Positions 24,755 through 36,530 of a DNA stretch of 64,000 nt are shown here, in pieces. Position 1 is the stretch's first letter, and every line of letters starts with the position of its first letter. The stretch comes from Eledone cirrhosa. Taxonomy: Eukaryota. Below the pieces are notes generated by a model. That model saw nothing but the letters and a program-made list of their open reading frames with translations. It did no database searches and was not told where the DNA came from. The stretch is taken from the NCBI GenBank assembly GCA_964016885.1, contig CAXHJY010001591.1:186001-250000 (forward strand). Reading direction: 5' to 3'. Position numbers and translations under genes: made by a program.

Positions 24755-25287
24755 GCTTTCTTTATTAACCACAAGGGTTTACACAAAGTAGACATTAAGG
24801 ATAGTACAGGACAATACAGGACGGTACAAATGGGCATTTCTGCGTGTAAAAAAACAAAAAAAACAGAGGATGTAATAAAAGAACACTGAAAAATTCCCTA
24901 ATAGGGGGGAGACTTCCGAGGGCCATCGTGGAGAAAGCCCATTAAAAAAAGCCACGGTGACCCTGACCACCAGGGCAATTGTCCTCTCCCAGTTTTCCAC
25001 CTTCAATTTACAGGCATATACTTGGAGTAGGTCCATTCACTCGGGCCATTCTTGCCTCTCTCACCCATCTTTCAACAAAAAGCTGGAAAGAGAGCACCTC
25101 TCTCTCTACCCTGATTTTCCTTTTCAAATGAAATTGGAACAAGTTAATCAGGGCATCACCGAAGAGGTAAGTGCTTGTCTTCAGCCCTTTCAGACGCGTC
25201 CACCATACTGGACGCGTCTGTAAGGGCTGAAGACAAGCACTTACATCCTCGGTGAGTGCTCGTCTTCAGCCCTTTCAGACGCGTCCA
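24755..25287 (-). mobile_element. Tx1/L1-like 3' fragment with inverted triplication at its 5' end
   Basis: Minus frame WWTRLKGLKTSTYLFGDALINLFQFHLKRKIRVEREV..FVERWVREARMARVNGP; 3' end matches 18300-18322. Confidence 0.75.
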
Positions 25288-25630
25288 ATAATAATAATTG
25301 TTTCTACTTTAGGCACAAGGCCAGCAATTACCCAGTGCATTACTGGTACTTTCTTTTATCGACCCCGTAAGGATGAAAGGCAAAGTTAACCTTGGCAGGA
25401 TTTGAACTCAGAATGACAAGGGCCATAACTCTATGCGTCAAAATAATAATAATAATTGTTTCTACTTTAGGTACAAGGCCAGCAATTACCCAGTGCATTA
25501 CTGGTACTTTATTTTATCAACCCCCGTAAGGATGAAAGGCAAAGTCAACCTCGGCGGGATTTGAACTCAGATCGTAAAGGGATGTAACTATGCTGGAAAG
25601 CATGGCGTCCGACCCTCTTCCAATTCACCG
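25288..25630 (-). mobile_element. Two tandem Meta-like SINEs
   Basis: Two copies of (AAT)n-TGTTTCTACTTTAGG...GGATGAAAGGCAAAGT...GATTTGAACTCAGA. Confidence 0.85.
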
Positions 25631-25653
25631 ATAATAATGATTTCTGATTTAGG

Positions 25654-27308
25654 AAGAGAGTGAATTGATCTGGATGAAATGCAGTTCGGGTTTGTGTCAG
25701 GTAAAAGTACCACAGACGCTCTTTTCATTGTATGACAACTACAGAAGTACCTAGCTAAAAGTAAACCCCTATACTTAGCTTTTGTTGACTTGCAGAAAGC
25801 CTTTGACAGAGTCCCCCACCCCATTATCTGGTGGGCTCTCAGAAAACTAGGTGTTGATGAATGGCTTGTGAGAGATATACAAGCCATGTATAAAGAAACA
25901 GTCAGCAAGGTTAGAATTACCAACGAATATAGTGAAGAGTTTAGCGTAAAAGTTGGTGTTCATCAGGGCTCTGTCCTTAGCCCCCTCCTATTTATTATTG
26001 CCCTTCAGGCTATAACAGAGGAGTTCATGACCGGCTGCCCATGGGAACTCCTATACGCTGATGATCTAATGCTTATAGCTGAATCAATGGCTGAACTAGA
26101 GAAGAAATTCCAAACATGGAAGGATGGCCTAGAATCAAAAGGCCTTAAAACTAACCTGTCTAAGACTAAAGTGCTAGTATGTAGGAAGGAAAATAGGGCA
26201 CTGGTCCCATCTGGGAAATGGCCATGCTCAGTGTGTAGGAAAGGAGTAGGCAGAAACTCCATTTTATGTCCCAAATGCAAAGTATGGGTGTATAAAAGAT
26301 GTAGTGGGATCACAGGTAAGCTAACTAAGAATATAGATGTTTATATGAGGCTGGTCTCAGGTGCAATAAGTAGCAGCAAGTGCCCACAGAATACTAGCCC
26401 ATTCCATTGCACAGATGGTTCTATAGAAATAGTGGACAGCTTCCGTTACCTGGGTGACAAAATCAGCAGTGGTGGAGGGTGCTCTGAAAGTACAGTAGCT
26501 AGAGTCAGAACGGGATGGAAAAAGTTCAGAGAGCTTATACCGCTATGATGCCTGCATACGAACAGCAATGTTACATGGCAGTGAGACATGGGCATTGAGT
26601 GCAGAGGACCTGCGCAGACTGGAAAGGAATGGAGCTTGCATGCTCCGTTGGATGTGTAATAGTAATATACGGTAAAGCATACATGAACTAAGTGAGAAAT
26701 TAGGAATAAGAGGGATCAGATGCTGTTTACTCGAGAGAAGAATACGTTGGTATGGTCACGTGATGCACATGAAAGACAGCTGTATAAAAAAGTGCAGGGC
26801 GATCAAAATAGATGGTAGTTATGGAGTTGGTAGACCCAGAAAAACCTGGGACAACTTAATAAATTCCGACCTTACACCTCTCCAAGACAATGTCACTGGA
26901 CCGAGATCTTTGGCGCTACGCAGTAATACAGAAGACCCGCCTTGCCTAAGCGCAAAGCGAAACCTACAGTCAGTAGGCACCTCTAACAAAAATAACCCCC
27001 CACCCCCACCCCATCAACACCACCCCTTTCAATGTAAAGTTATGTTGGTACCACAACATCCAGCCCGAAACAAATTAGGTCGTGTAGGTGTCACGACAAA
27101 AAAACACACAGTTCACGCTGTAATGTGGCCGTGTAGGTAACACGGTAAAAACCTCCCAGTCCATACTGTAAACGTGGTTGGTGTTAGGAAGGGCATCCAG
27201 CTGTAGAAAACCCGCCAGACAGTCCTATGCGAGCAAGACAACCAATCTTGCCTCAAGTGGGACAATTCCTGTCTAAACCCATGCAAGTGTGGAAGATGGA
27301 CGTTAAAC

Positions 27309-27337
<29 letters not shown>
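25654..27337 (+). mobile_element. 5'-truncated RTE family B with 9-bp TSD
   Basis: RT ORF 25790-26548 (YADDL); TGATTTAGG at 25645-25653 and 27338-27346; inserted into a SINE tail. Confidence 0.92.
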
Positions 27338-27343
<6 letters not shown>

Positions 27344-27349
27344 AGGCAC

Positions 27350-30300
27350 AGGAGAAAATCTAGGAAAGGTTGTGCGGATGGCATTCATCAATGGTTTCCC
27401 TGTTGAAATTTCAATGAGGTTCCAACTGTTGCTGGGCAACAACAAAAAGACCAATAGCAAGCTAATAACATAGGCCTGCGTAATGACACAAGACGTTGAG
27501 TGGAATATTGCGGCATTAGCAGTAATGGAAACCCTTAGCAGTTGATAGTGATCAACAAATGATGAAGGAAGATAAGCCCCAATGAACACTTAGCTGCAGG
27601 CATACAAAGGCCAATGTTTCAGGTGTCAGGGTCTGTACATGACAAGGGACTGCAAGGAGCCAAAGCCTGAAATAATTTGTTACCCATGTAAGCAGGCAGG
27701 CCACATCACTAACAATCGCAACCAGGAAAACGATCAAAGGGAAGTTACTGCACCGGTAGCTATCCCTGGAAGTGAGTAGAGGCACTCTTGCAGTCACTGC
27801 CCATAGCAGAGGTTCTGGTGGGGGGAAGCTGTCATGAGCCATTGTGGACACAAGCTGCACAACGACCTTAGTGACCTCAATGGTGGTTAGAAAGTGGAGT
27901 GGAATGAGTAGTGAAGAGCTGGGAGATTAGATGCAGAGGTAACAGTGAGGTGGAGATGGCGGTATGAGGAATGAAAATAAGGCTGCAGGCAATCATGATC
28001 GATCACTTGGTGGATGGAATTGATGTGGTAATGGGTATGGATGTGATTGGCTGCTTAGGAGATGTTACAGTGAGTGAGGACAGGGTAACGTTCTGTAGCG
28101 TGGGAACACCATGCACCATAAGTGCACAACAGGAGAACAGGGAGAGACATGAAGAAAAATGTGCTGTTCAAACCATACAAGACAAGGATTTCAGGGATGT
28201 GTTTGGTGGTCAGCAGTGAATAGTTGAGTGGTATTGGAAAGGAGAGCCCCCCAATGTTGAAGAACACAGTGAACTGCTATCAGCATACTCTGAAAGGGGA
28301 TGTTAGAATCGAGTTTGAGGGAAAGGTACAAAGATGGATCAAGGTGGGCATATTAGAAGGAAGAGATAAAGAGCAGAATGTTGCTGGTAATGGCAGTGGT
28401 GTCACATAGGTGCTGAGATCACAAATATCTGTGGGGGAACCTTGCAAGAGTGGAGACAAATGATGGGGCCGCCACAGTTGTTGACTTAAAGTCGGCATAT
28501 GTGCAGCTAAATGTAGCTGAGAAACTGGCAGTATCAGCTGGTTAGGTATAAGGGCCAAACATACTGCCTGACCAGGCTTGAGTACAGGTTGAATTTGGCA
28601 CCAAAGATCATGACGACGGTCCTCTACGCCATTCTGGGGGAAGGTGGACAAGGTGAAGAAGGCCACCAATTCCTAAATCAATGATATCTTGGTAGATGAG
28701 ACTGTGGTGTCGGCAGCAGAGGTCTCAAGCCTAGAAAGGATTGGGTTAACCACGAAACCACTAGAGATGATAGAATGAGCCGCAATGGGACACAAGCTGT
28801 GAAAAAACAAAATGGGCACATTGGTATATCGAAGGGGAAATGAAGTGCCAGAACTGGGCACTGGTATGAATAGACGAGAACTTTTCTCAATATGTAAGAA
28901 ATTGGTTGGCCACTATCCAATTGCGGGGTGGCTCCAAAAAGCATGCAGCTATGTCAAGAGACGAGCAGACCAGGTGAGCTGGGGAGACAGGGTAGGAGAG
29001 GATGATGGCCATGATGTGGGAGATCATTGAGAAGGTAAAGGCGGAGGACCCAGTAAGAGTAAGCTGGTACATACCCAAATCGGAGAACAAGATTATATGC
29101 TGTGGTGTCAGCAGCAAAGTGCTAGTGATTGTTCTGGATATAGGGGGTGTCAAGAACAAGGACGCAATTTGGCTCAGGAAGAAGAAGGACTGCAACCATA
29201 TCAATGTGGCCGAATTGGATGCCATGCTGAAGAGGGGAGTGAATCTCACCCTGAGATGGAGGCTGTGCACCATAAAGATTCATACTGATTTGGCCACTAT
29301 ACTCAGATGGGTGAGATCAGTGCTTACCAGTGAGAGGAGTGTGCGAATGAGAGGGACAGTAGAAATACTCATAAAGCACTACCTGGAAACTCTAGGAGAC
29401 CCAGCTGTTGAGTTTGGCCTGAAGTTGAGTGTGGTCTTTGTGCCCTCAGAGAAAAATAGGGTGGATCTCTTAACCAGGATGAAGAAAGCTTGGCTGAAAG
29501 CGCCAGGATGTGGAAAAAGGAATAGCTGCAGTGTATCGACTGTGACTCGGAATTGATGAGATTGCATACCATGCATCATATGGGAGTGGATAGGACCCTG
29601 TTCCTAGCCAGGAAAATTGACTCCGATGTTACCAGACAGAGTGTCCAGAAAGTGGTTGGGAGTTGCAACAGATGTCAGTCTATCAACCCCATCCCGGGCA
29701 TGCACAAGGTAACATCCCAGTGGAGCACAACAGGAAGTGATTAACAGTGGACATGGCACACTACTGACAGGAGACATATCTCTTGATGGTCGATTGCAAA
29801 CCAGGGCAGATGGCATTATCGAGGGAGATGAACATGGGGACTGCGGAGAAAACCGCATGGATACTGGAAGAGATATTCTTGGAGTGGGGCACTATGGATG
29901 AACTGTTGATGGATAAAAGCACAGCATTTCACTCAGAGGTGCTAAAGGAGATGCTCAATGGGTGGAATGTGAGCCACTTCAGAGCAGTATATAGGCCAAG
30001 TGGAAATGGGATCATAAAGAGACACCATCACATGATCAAGGCCATGGAGGAGACGGGACACATTTCACCAATGGAGGCAATGTTCTGGTACAACATGTAG
30101 CCTCAAGTGGGACAGGGCAATATATAGATATGAATGGCGACATCCATGCACGTTATTACAATGATCTGTGGAAGAGAGAAAGCATGCATTCGTATACATG
30201 GGTGAGGAAGTCTGGGTCAAGCCCCCAAATGTGTGCTGCACATCTTAATGAGGAAAGGGAATGGTAATGGCTGTAAATTCCCAAAACAACACGTCACGTC

Positions 30301-30732
30301 TTGTATGTCCACAAAGTCATTGATTTGACGGACTTTGGAGAAGAGAATGAAAGTACCACCCCAACTTTGTAGAGATTGCAACAGGAATGCCGCTCACCCA
30401 AGTGGATGATGGACTTTGACATGGAGTGAGATGATGGGGTGATTGATCCTTGAAATCAGGGGAGGGCATGTGAAGCTAGGGTGCTAGAAATGCAGGGGTG
30501 GTCTTGCCAGAAGCAAGGGGCCAGTGAAGTCACATCAGAAATTCAGGCTGTCTCTCTGCCTCTCCATTCATAGGTAGCATTGAGTGTGGGTGTCCTTTTT
30601 AATGGCTAGTGTGAACAAGTATGCGAGATTTGTTATGTTCTCTGGCCAGACGTGAAACAGGTGAACATCATGCAAGGAGATTCAGTCCAGACTCATGTGG
30701 AGATGCAAAAGTAGGTCCCTTCACTTCTTACA
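27350..30732 (+). mobile_element. Decayed Ty3/gypsy LTR retrotransposon, 5' end missing
   Basis: Gag knuckles (CFRCQG, CYPCKQAGH), protease (AIVDTSC), decayed RT (*INDILV), RNase H (HINVAELDA..HTD), integrase (HHMGVDRT..CNRC, LMDKSTAF, GNGIIKR), PPT AGGGGAGGG then probable 3' LTR TG(30469)...CA(30732). Confidence 0.85.
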
Positions 30733-31845
30733 ATAAATGTCTTATTAAAATTAGGATGGTGGTGGAGGGATTGTTCATAAAATATAAGTAGGGGTTTTGT
30801 GGATTTTGGAAAATCATATAAGAGTTTGGCAACAAAATATGTTTGGGAACTGCTTATATAGACAGAAGTAAACACCTTATCTTATTATGCAATATATTCT
30901 AAGGGGAAAAGTGTTGTTTAGAAAAAAAAAAGTTGCTATTTGTACCTATTTTTAGTGCATCATAGTTCTCCATCTGAAAGAGAGATATTTATTTATTTAT
31001 TTAGATATATAGAGATAGATAGATAGATAGATGCATCGGTGGATGGACGGACGGATAGACAGACAGAGAGCATGAGCGATTTAAAAAGACATGCCATCAT
31101 ACACAACAGGTGTGGTGTTTATATCTATAGATGTGTAATATCAATACACATCTATATGTAGATGTGTATTGTATGCAGTAGAAGATGGAATAAAATGAGT
31201 GGCTGAAATTAGGAGTTTCAAGATATATCATTTTTTTCTTTTAAATATAACATTTGTAACAATTTCTTCATGAGATACATTGTATTTGGATGTGTAGAAT
31301 ACGAGGCACACACATGTATGATTTCTTTTCTTTTTCATCTATAGATTTTATTTTCAATATATGTGTATTTTGTGGTAGTTGTTGTTCAGTGCCATGTCAG
31401 GCCTGTTTGAGTAAATTAAATGTCAATCATGACACTCATGCCACTCATGCCTTGCTTGTCATCGTTAGAACACAGTTGTATATTATGGCATTTGTTATTT
31501 AGCACCATGCAAGCCCTACTAGAGCCGTTTAAAGGTGTTCCAGCCATGACTATCTAGTTTTTTTGTACACCTAGGACTACATCATCCAGTGTATCAAATT
31601 TTTTTAAATGTGGTTTGATGGAGATTTGACTGCTACTACAGGCTCCTTCATTGATTTAATAGTAAATGCTGATGGAAAAATAGATTACATGAATAAATAA
31701 TTAACTAAAATAAGGGCTTTTTTAAAGAATAAAAATATAAATTGAGGATATTTTCCATCCACTATTTAACCTGTAATGTTTTTCTGCTTGTCACAAGATG
31801 TACTTAACAATGGAACAAAATAAAAAATATAATGGATATATTTAA

Positions 31846-32063
31846 CCCTTTTGATACAAAACTGTATGAAAATATCTCTAATTTTACAATACTAAACTTT
31901 TTTTAATATTTATCTTTATCTAAAAACCTCCATCGTGATTTTATGTAAAAACCTTTGTTATATACCAAACACCAAACTATTAAAGCGAAAGTTACTCCAG
32001 ATTCTTTATAATTTTCAAAAACCATTTGTAGTGTCTATCACTAGAAGTATAGTAACAAAAGGG
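31846..32063. mobile_element. piggyBac-type MITE (family 2)
   Basis: TTAA-CCCTTTTGATAC...GTAACAAAAGGG-TTAA; related decayed copy at ~50204-50426. Confidence 0.82.
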
Positions 32064-32691
32064 TTAACAAACTGGAACATATTTGAGTGTTATTCTTTCA
32101 ACAACTTTAACAACAGAAAGAGATTGAAGACATTATCAAAACCTTTTCCATAATGAAATCATGTTATAAAGATCTATAAATTGATGCATTAAAATAGAAA
32201 CAAGAGCATTTATAAAATGCAAAATTTCCACAGGTCCTGCTACTATTTATAATTTACATTTTATTTTCCTTGCTATGTACAAACATTCCTCCTGTGCACT
32301 TTTGTCCAGAATGTATAAAGTCTAAGAGAGACTCTTGCGTGATTTTGGCATTTATTGATTTCATTTCCAATTCACTCCTGTACATTATGGCAGGAGATAA
32401 AGATGAAACAGAAGACTATGTGTATAAAGTAGTAACTGAAATTAGAGATTTTTAAAAGAGAGGGTGAGGTATATACTTTTAAAACATAGCAATTTTTTTG
32501 CCATGTATGCACATGTGAAAAATATATTTAGACAAAAGGGGTGCATCTCGACTCTGCAAGCCACAGCAGTCAATCTGTCAAGGTAAACAGTAGAGAGGAC
32601 TATGTATTTCAGCCAAGGACAATGTCTCTATTGCATGATAAAATACACCCTACACATGCTGTAAATGAAGATTAGCAGTTTTCTCTTTTAT

Positions 32692-34380
32692 TCCAAGAGG
32701 CGATTAGGGAAATGAAAAATGGTAAGGCGGCCGGACCATCGGGAATAGTTGCTGAGATGCTGAAGGCATCAGGGGACGTAGGCACTAAACTGGTTGCACG
32801 CATCATCAATCAGGCTATATATGGTGGTGTCATACCCAAAGACTGGTGCAGCAGTATTCTCATAAATTGCTACAAAGGTAAAGGGGATGCTTTGGAGAGG
32901 AGAAATTATAGGGGTATAAAACTGATAGATCAGGTTATGAAAGTGGCAGAAAGGATTTTAGCACAACTAATTAGAGAAAGGGTCAAACTAGATGAGATGC
33001 AGTTTGGTTTTGTGCTTGGGAAGAGTACAACAGATGCCCTCTTCTTGGTGAGACAAATGCAAGAGAGGTTCTTAGAGAAGAATAAGCCACTATACTTAGC
33101 CTTTGTTGACCTAGAGAAGGCCTTTGATAGGGTACCCCGATCTGTCATCTGGTGGTCCCTAAGGAAGCTAGGTGTTGAGGAATGGCTTGTGAGGACAGTG
33201 CAAACTTTGTACAGAGGTACTCTCAGTAAAGTCAGGGTAGGAATGGAGTTTAGTGAGGAATTCCAGATACAAGTAGGAGTACATCAGGGTTCGGTCCTCA
33301 GCCCGCTCTTGTTCATTATAGTCCTCCAAGCCATAACAGAGGAGTTTAAGACTGGCTGTCCATGGGAACTTCTCTATGCTGACGATCTGGCTCTTATAGC
33401 AGAATCAGTAGAGGAGCTAGAGAATAAATTCCAGCTATGGAAACAGCAGTTGGAAGCAAGAGGACTGAGAGTAAATCTAGCTAAGACAAAAGTGTTGATG
33501 AGTAGAAAAGAGGACAAAACCCTGATTCCGTCAGGGAAATGGCCATGTTCGATATGCAGAAAAGGAACTGGCATAAATTCTATAAAATGCACACAATGCA
33601 GGTCCTGGGTACACAAGAGATGTAACGGGATAGCAGGCAAACTAACAGGTAGGGAGAAATATGTATGCAGTAGATGTACAGGGAAATTAGACAGTAGAAG
33701 TCGCACTGATAGACACATTTTTCAAATGTGAGAGGGCGCTATAGAAGTGGTGGATAGCTTCCGGTACCTAGGAGATCAGATTAGCATGGGAGGAGGGTGT
33801 TCCGAGGCCATAGTATCTAGAATAAGGACAGGTTGGAAGAAGTTTAGGGAGCTGCTTCCTCTGTTGACGAAGAAGGGTTTCTCCCTGCGTACGAAAGGCC
33901 GGTTGTATGATGCCTGTGTGAGGAGCGCGATACTGCATGGTAGTGAGACATGGGCAGCAACCGCAGAGGATATGCGACGGCTGGAGAGAAATGAGGCAAG
34001 CATGCTCCGTTGGATGTGCAGTGTAAATGTGCGTGAACGACCCAGCATAAATGTGTTGAGAGAGAAACTGTGTCTGAGAGGGATAGAATGTAGTGTACGG
34101 GAGAGGAGACTGAGGTGGTATGGACATGTGATGCGCATGGAGGATGACCGATGGGTGAAGAAGTGCCAGGAAATGCCAGTTGAAGGAAGACGTGGTAGAG
34201 GTAGACCACGAAAAACATGGGCGGAGGTGGTGAGAAGAGACCTCAGATCATTGAAGCTCACGGTGGAGATGACGAGGGACCGTGATGAGTGGAGAGATGC
34301 TGTGCTGAATAAGACCCGTCCCACCCTTGCAAGCAGGGAAAAGTGGACGTAAAATGATGATGATGATCATCATGATGATG
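32692..34380 (+). mobile_element. Young 5'-truncated RTE family A
   Basis: ORFs 32712-33731 and 33747-34352 separated by one apparent frameshift; YADDL; C4HC3 insert; (GAT)n tail directly after stop. Confidence 0.95.
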
Positions 34381-34822
34381 TGTGCCTAATAGTGGACCCA
34401 CCACCACAGAATGTACCAAGGTGTTCTAAGATCTGTCCGACCTGTGCTAGTATAGAAAACTAGATGTAAAATGATGCTAATGAAGGGGGATGACAATGGC
34501 AATAATGATGGTGATAACAATGACAATGGCAATGATGATGATGATGGTGATGGAAAGAATTTTACATGATGAGATCTTTAAGGGAAGTGTATTTGTTAGG
34601 GGAAAATATTAAAATATTGACTGAAGACAAAAAAAAAAAGAGGTAGAAAAAAATATTTAACAACAGATTCATCTTATTTTAGTGAACAATGATAAAAGTA
34701 AAAAAAAAAAAAACAGAAACGACAAGGTTAATTATAAAATTTCCCTGACATTTATGGTAAAAAGAGGATTCCTTAATCTCAGCATCTTGTTACATTTTTC
34801 TTTCTTTTATTTTGATAATTTT

Positions 34823-34952
34823 CTTTCTTTTCTTTTCTTTTCTTTTCTTTTCTTTTCTTTTCTTTTCTTTTCTTTTCTTTTCTTTTCTTTTCTTTTCTTT
34901 TCTTTTCTTTTCTTTTCTTTTCTTTTCTTTTCTTTTCTTTTCTTTTCTTTTC
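34823..34952. repeat. (TTTTC)n pentanucleotide microsatellite
   Basis: About 25 uninterrupted units. Confidence 0.97.
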
Positions 34953-35499
34953 TTTTTTCTTTTCACTGTTCCCTTCATATCACCACCAGCTTCTGACTCC
35001 CCACAAATTCTCTCACCTGACATTTTGTTCTACAATTCAATCTGATAATCACCTATTGAGGATAACACCACTTAATCTGATTCCTTCCCTATTTTTTTAT
35101 TTTGTTGTTGTGGTGGTAATTGTTATTTATTTATTCATTTGTTATCACTTTTGTGTTGCAAAGGTTAGGCCCACAAGAGCCTATTATGGTTATTCTTAAT
35201 CTTCACCAGTGAAGGAAACAGTTCTTGTTTTCACCAATATTAAAGGTTAAATTACCAACACAGTTACATTAAAACATGAATAGAAATCAGTCAAACTGTT
35301 TTCAAACTATTGAGTAACAACAACAACAATAATAATAATTACTTTTATTATTGATGGTTTGCACAGTAAATATGATAACTGGATCTTTTAATGCTTGTTG
35401 AGCTTCAACAAGGACTTTAGAGTATATGTACAGCACTCAACAAGACAGTGTTTATAGGAGATTTGTGATTTTAGCTCTATTTGCTTAAAATATGCTCTA

Positions 35500-35875
35500 A
35501 ATCCAACGACAACAGGAATTATCTTGATGTTAGGTAATATTGACCACATTGATGAGGTGTGTTGGCTAATTGATGTTGCTTGCACAATTGATATTCAAGT
35601 GGTAGATGAATGCAAGAAAATAGAAAAGTACCAAGCCCTGAAATACAAAATACAAAGAATCTAGAATTGCCACAAAAATTAGAATTATCATCCTAATTCT
35701 AATAGGAGCCTTAGCAACAGTGGTTAGAAGTTTGAATGGTTGGTTGAAGATGTTGGATATAGAGGTGAATTTCCTCATTCTACAAAAAGCTTGTTTGCTT
35801 GGCACCACAAGAACCATATGAAAGATGCCAGATACCTATGGCTGTAGAAGGCAGCATATCTAGCAATCCAAATGC
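35500..35875 (+). mobile_element. R4/Dong RLE 3' fragment followed by (TAA)n
   Basis: LIDVAC..KKIEKYQALK..ILIGALATV..LQKACLLGT. Confidence 0.75.
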
Positions 35876-35889
35876 AATGAAATAGAATA

Positions 35890-36530
35890 AATAATAATAA
35901 TTGTTTCTACTTTTGGCACAAGGCCAGCAATTACTCAGTACATTACTGGTACTTTATTTTATCGACCCCGTAAGGAAAAAAGGCAAAGTTAACCTTGGCG
36001 GGATTTGAACTCAGAATGGCAAGGGTCGTAACTCTATGAGTCAAAGCATGGCGTTCGACCCGCTACCGATACTGCCAATAATGAAATAGAATAAATAATA
36101 ATAATTGTTTCCATTTTGGGCACAAGGCCAGCAATTTGAAGGGAAGAGGAAAGTTGATTAAATCAACACATTGCCTTACTGGTACTTTATTTTATCAACC
36201 CTGTAAGAATGAAAAGTAAAGCTAACCTCAGTGGGATTTGAACTCAGAATGTAAAGATTCCTTTTACATTTTGAATTCAAATCCCACTGAGCTTAATTTA
36301 ATAGTTTATCCTTACGGGGTTGATAAAATAAAATACCAGTAATGCACTGTGTCAATTTAATCAATTTTCCCCTTCCCTTCAAATTGATGGCCTTGTGCCA
36401 AAAGTAGAAACAATTATTTCTAATTTAGGCTAGCGATTTAGGATTAGGAGAGGAAAATCAAATCAACAGTGCTTGACTAGTACTGTATTTTATCAACCTC
36501 AGAAGGATGAAAGGCAAAATTGACCTAACA
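35890..36530. mobile_element. Cluster of Meta-like SINEs incl. nested insertion and head-to-head pair
   Basis: Minus copy ~35902-36079 with duplicated AATGAAATAGAATAAATAATAATAAT (35876, 36080); minus 36095-36255 abutting plus 36261-36418; further minus copy to ~36530. Confidence 0.85.

Noticed and set aside
32387-32455. MAGDKDETEDYVYKVV looks like a Rab N-terminus
   Set aside because: No P-loop follows, the donor is poor and no further Rab exons were seen.
33776-34324. Long antisense ORFs over RTE copies
   Set aside because: Shadow frames of the RT coding strand.
34682-35045. Poly-FFS / KRKEK ORFs
   Set aside because: Translations of the (TTTTC)n microsatellite.
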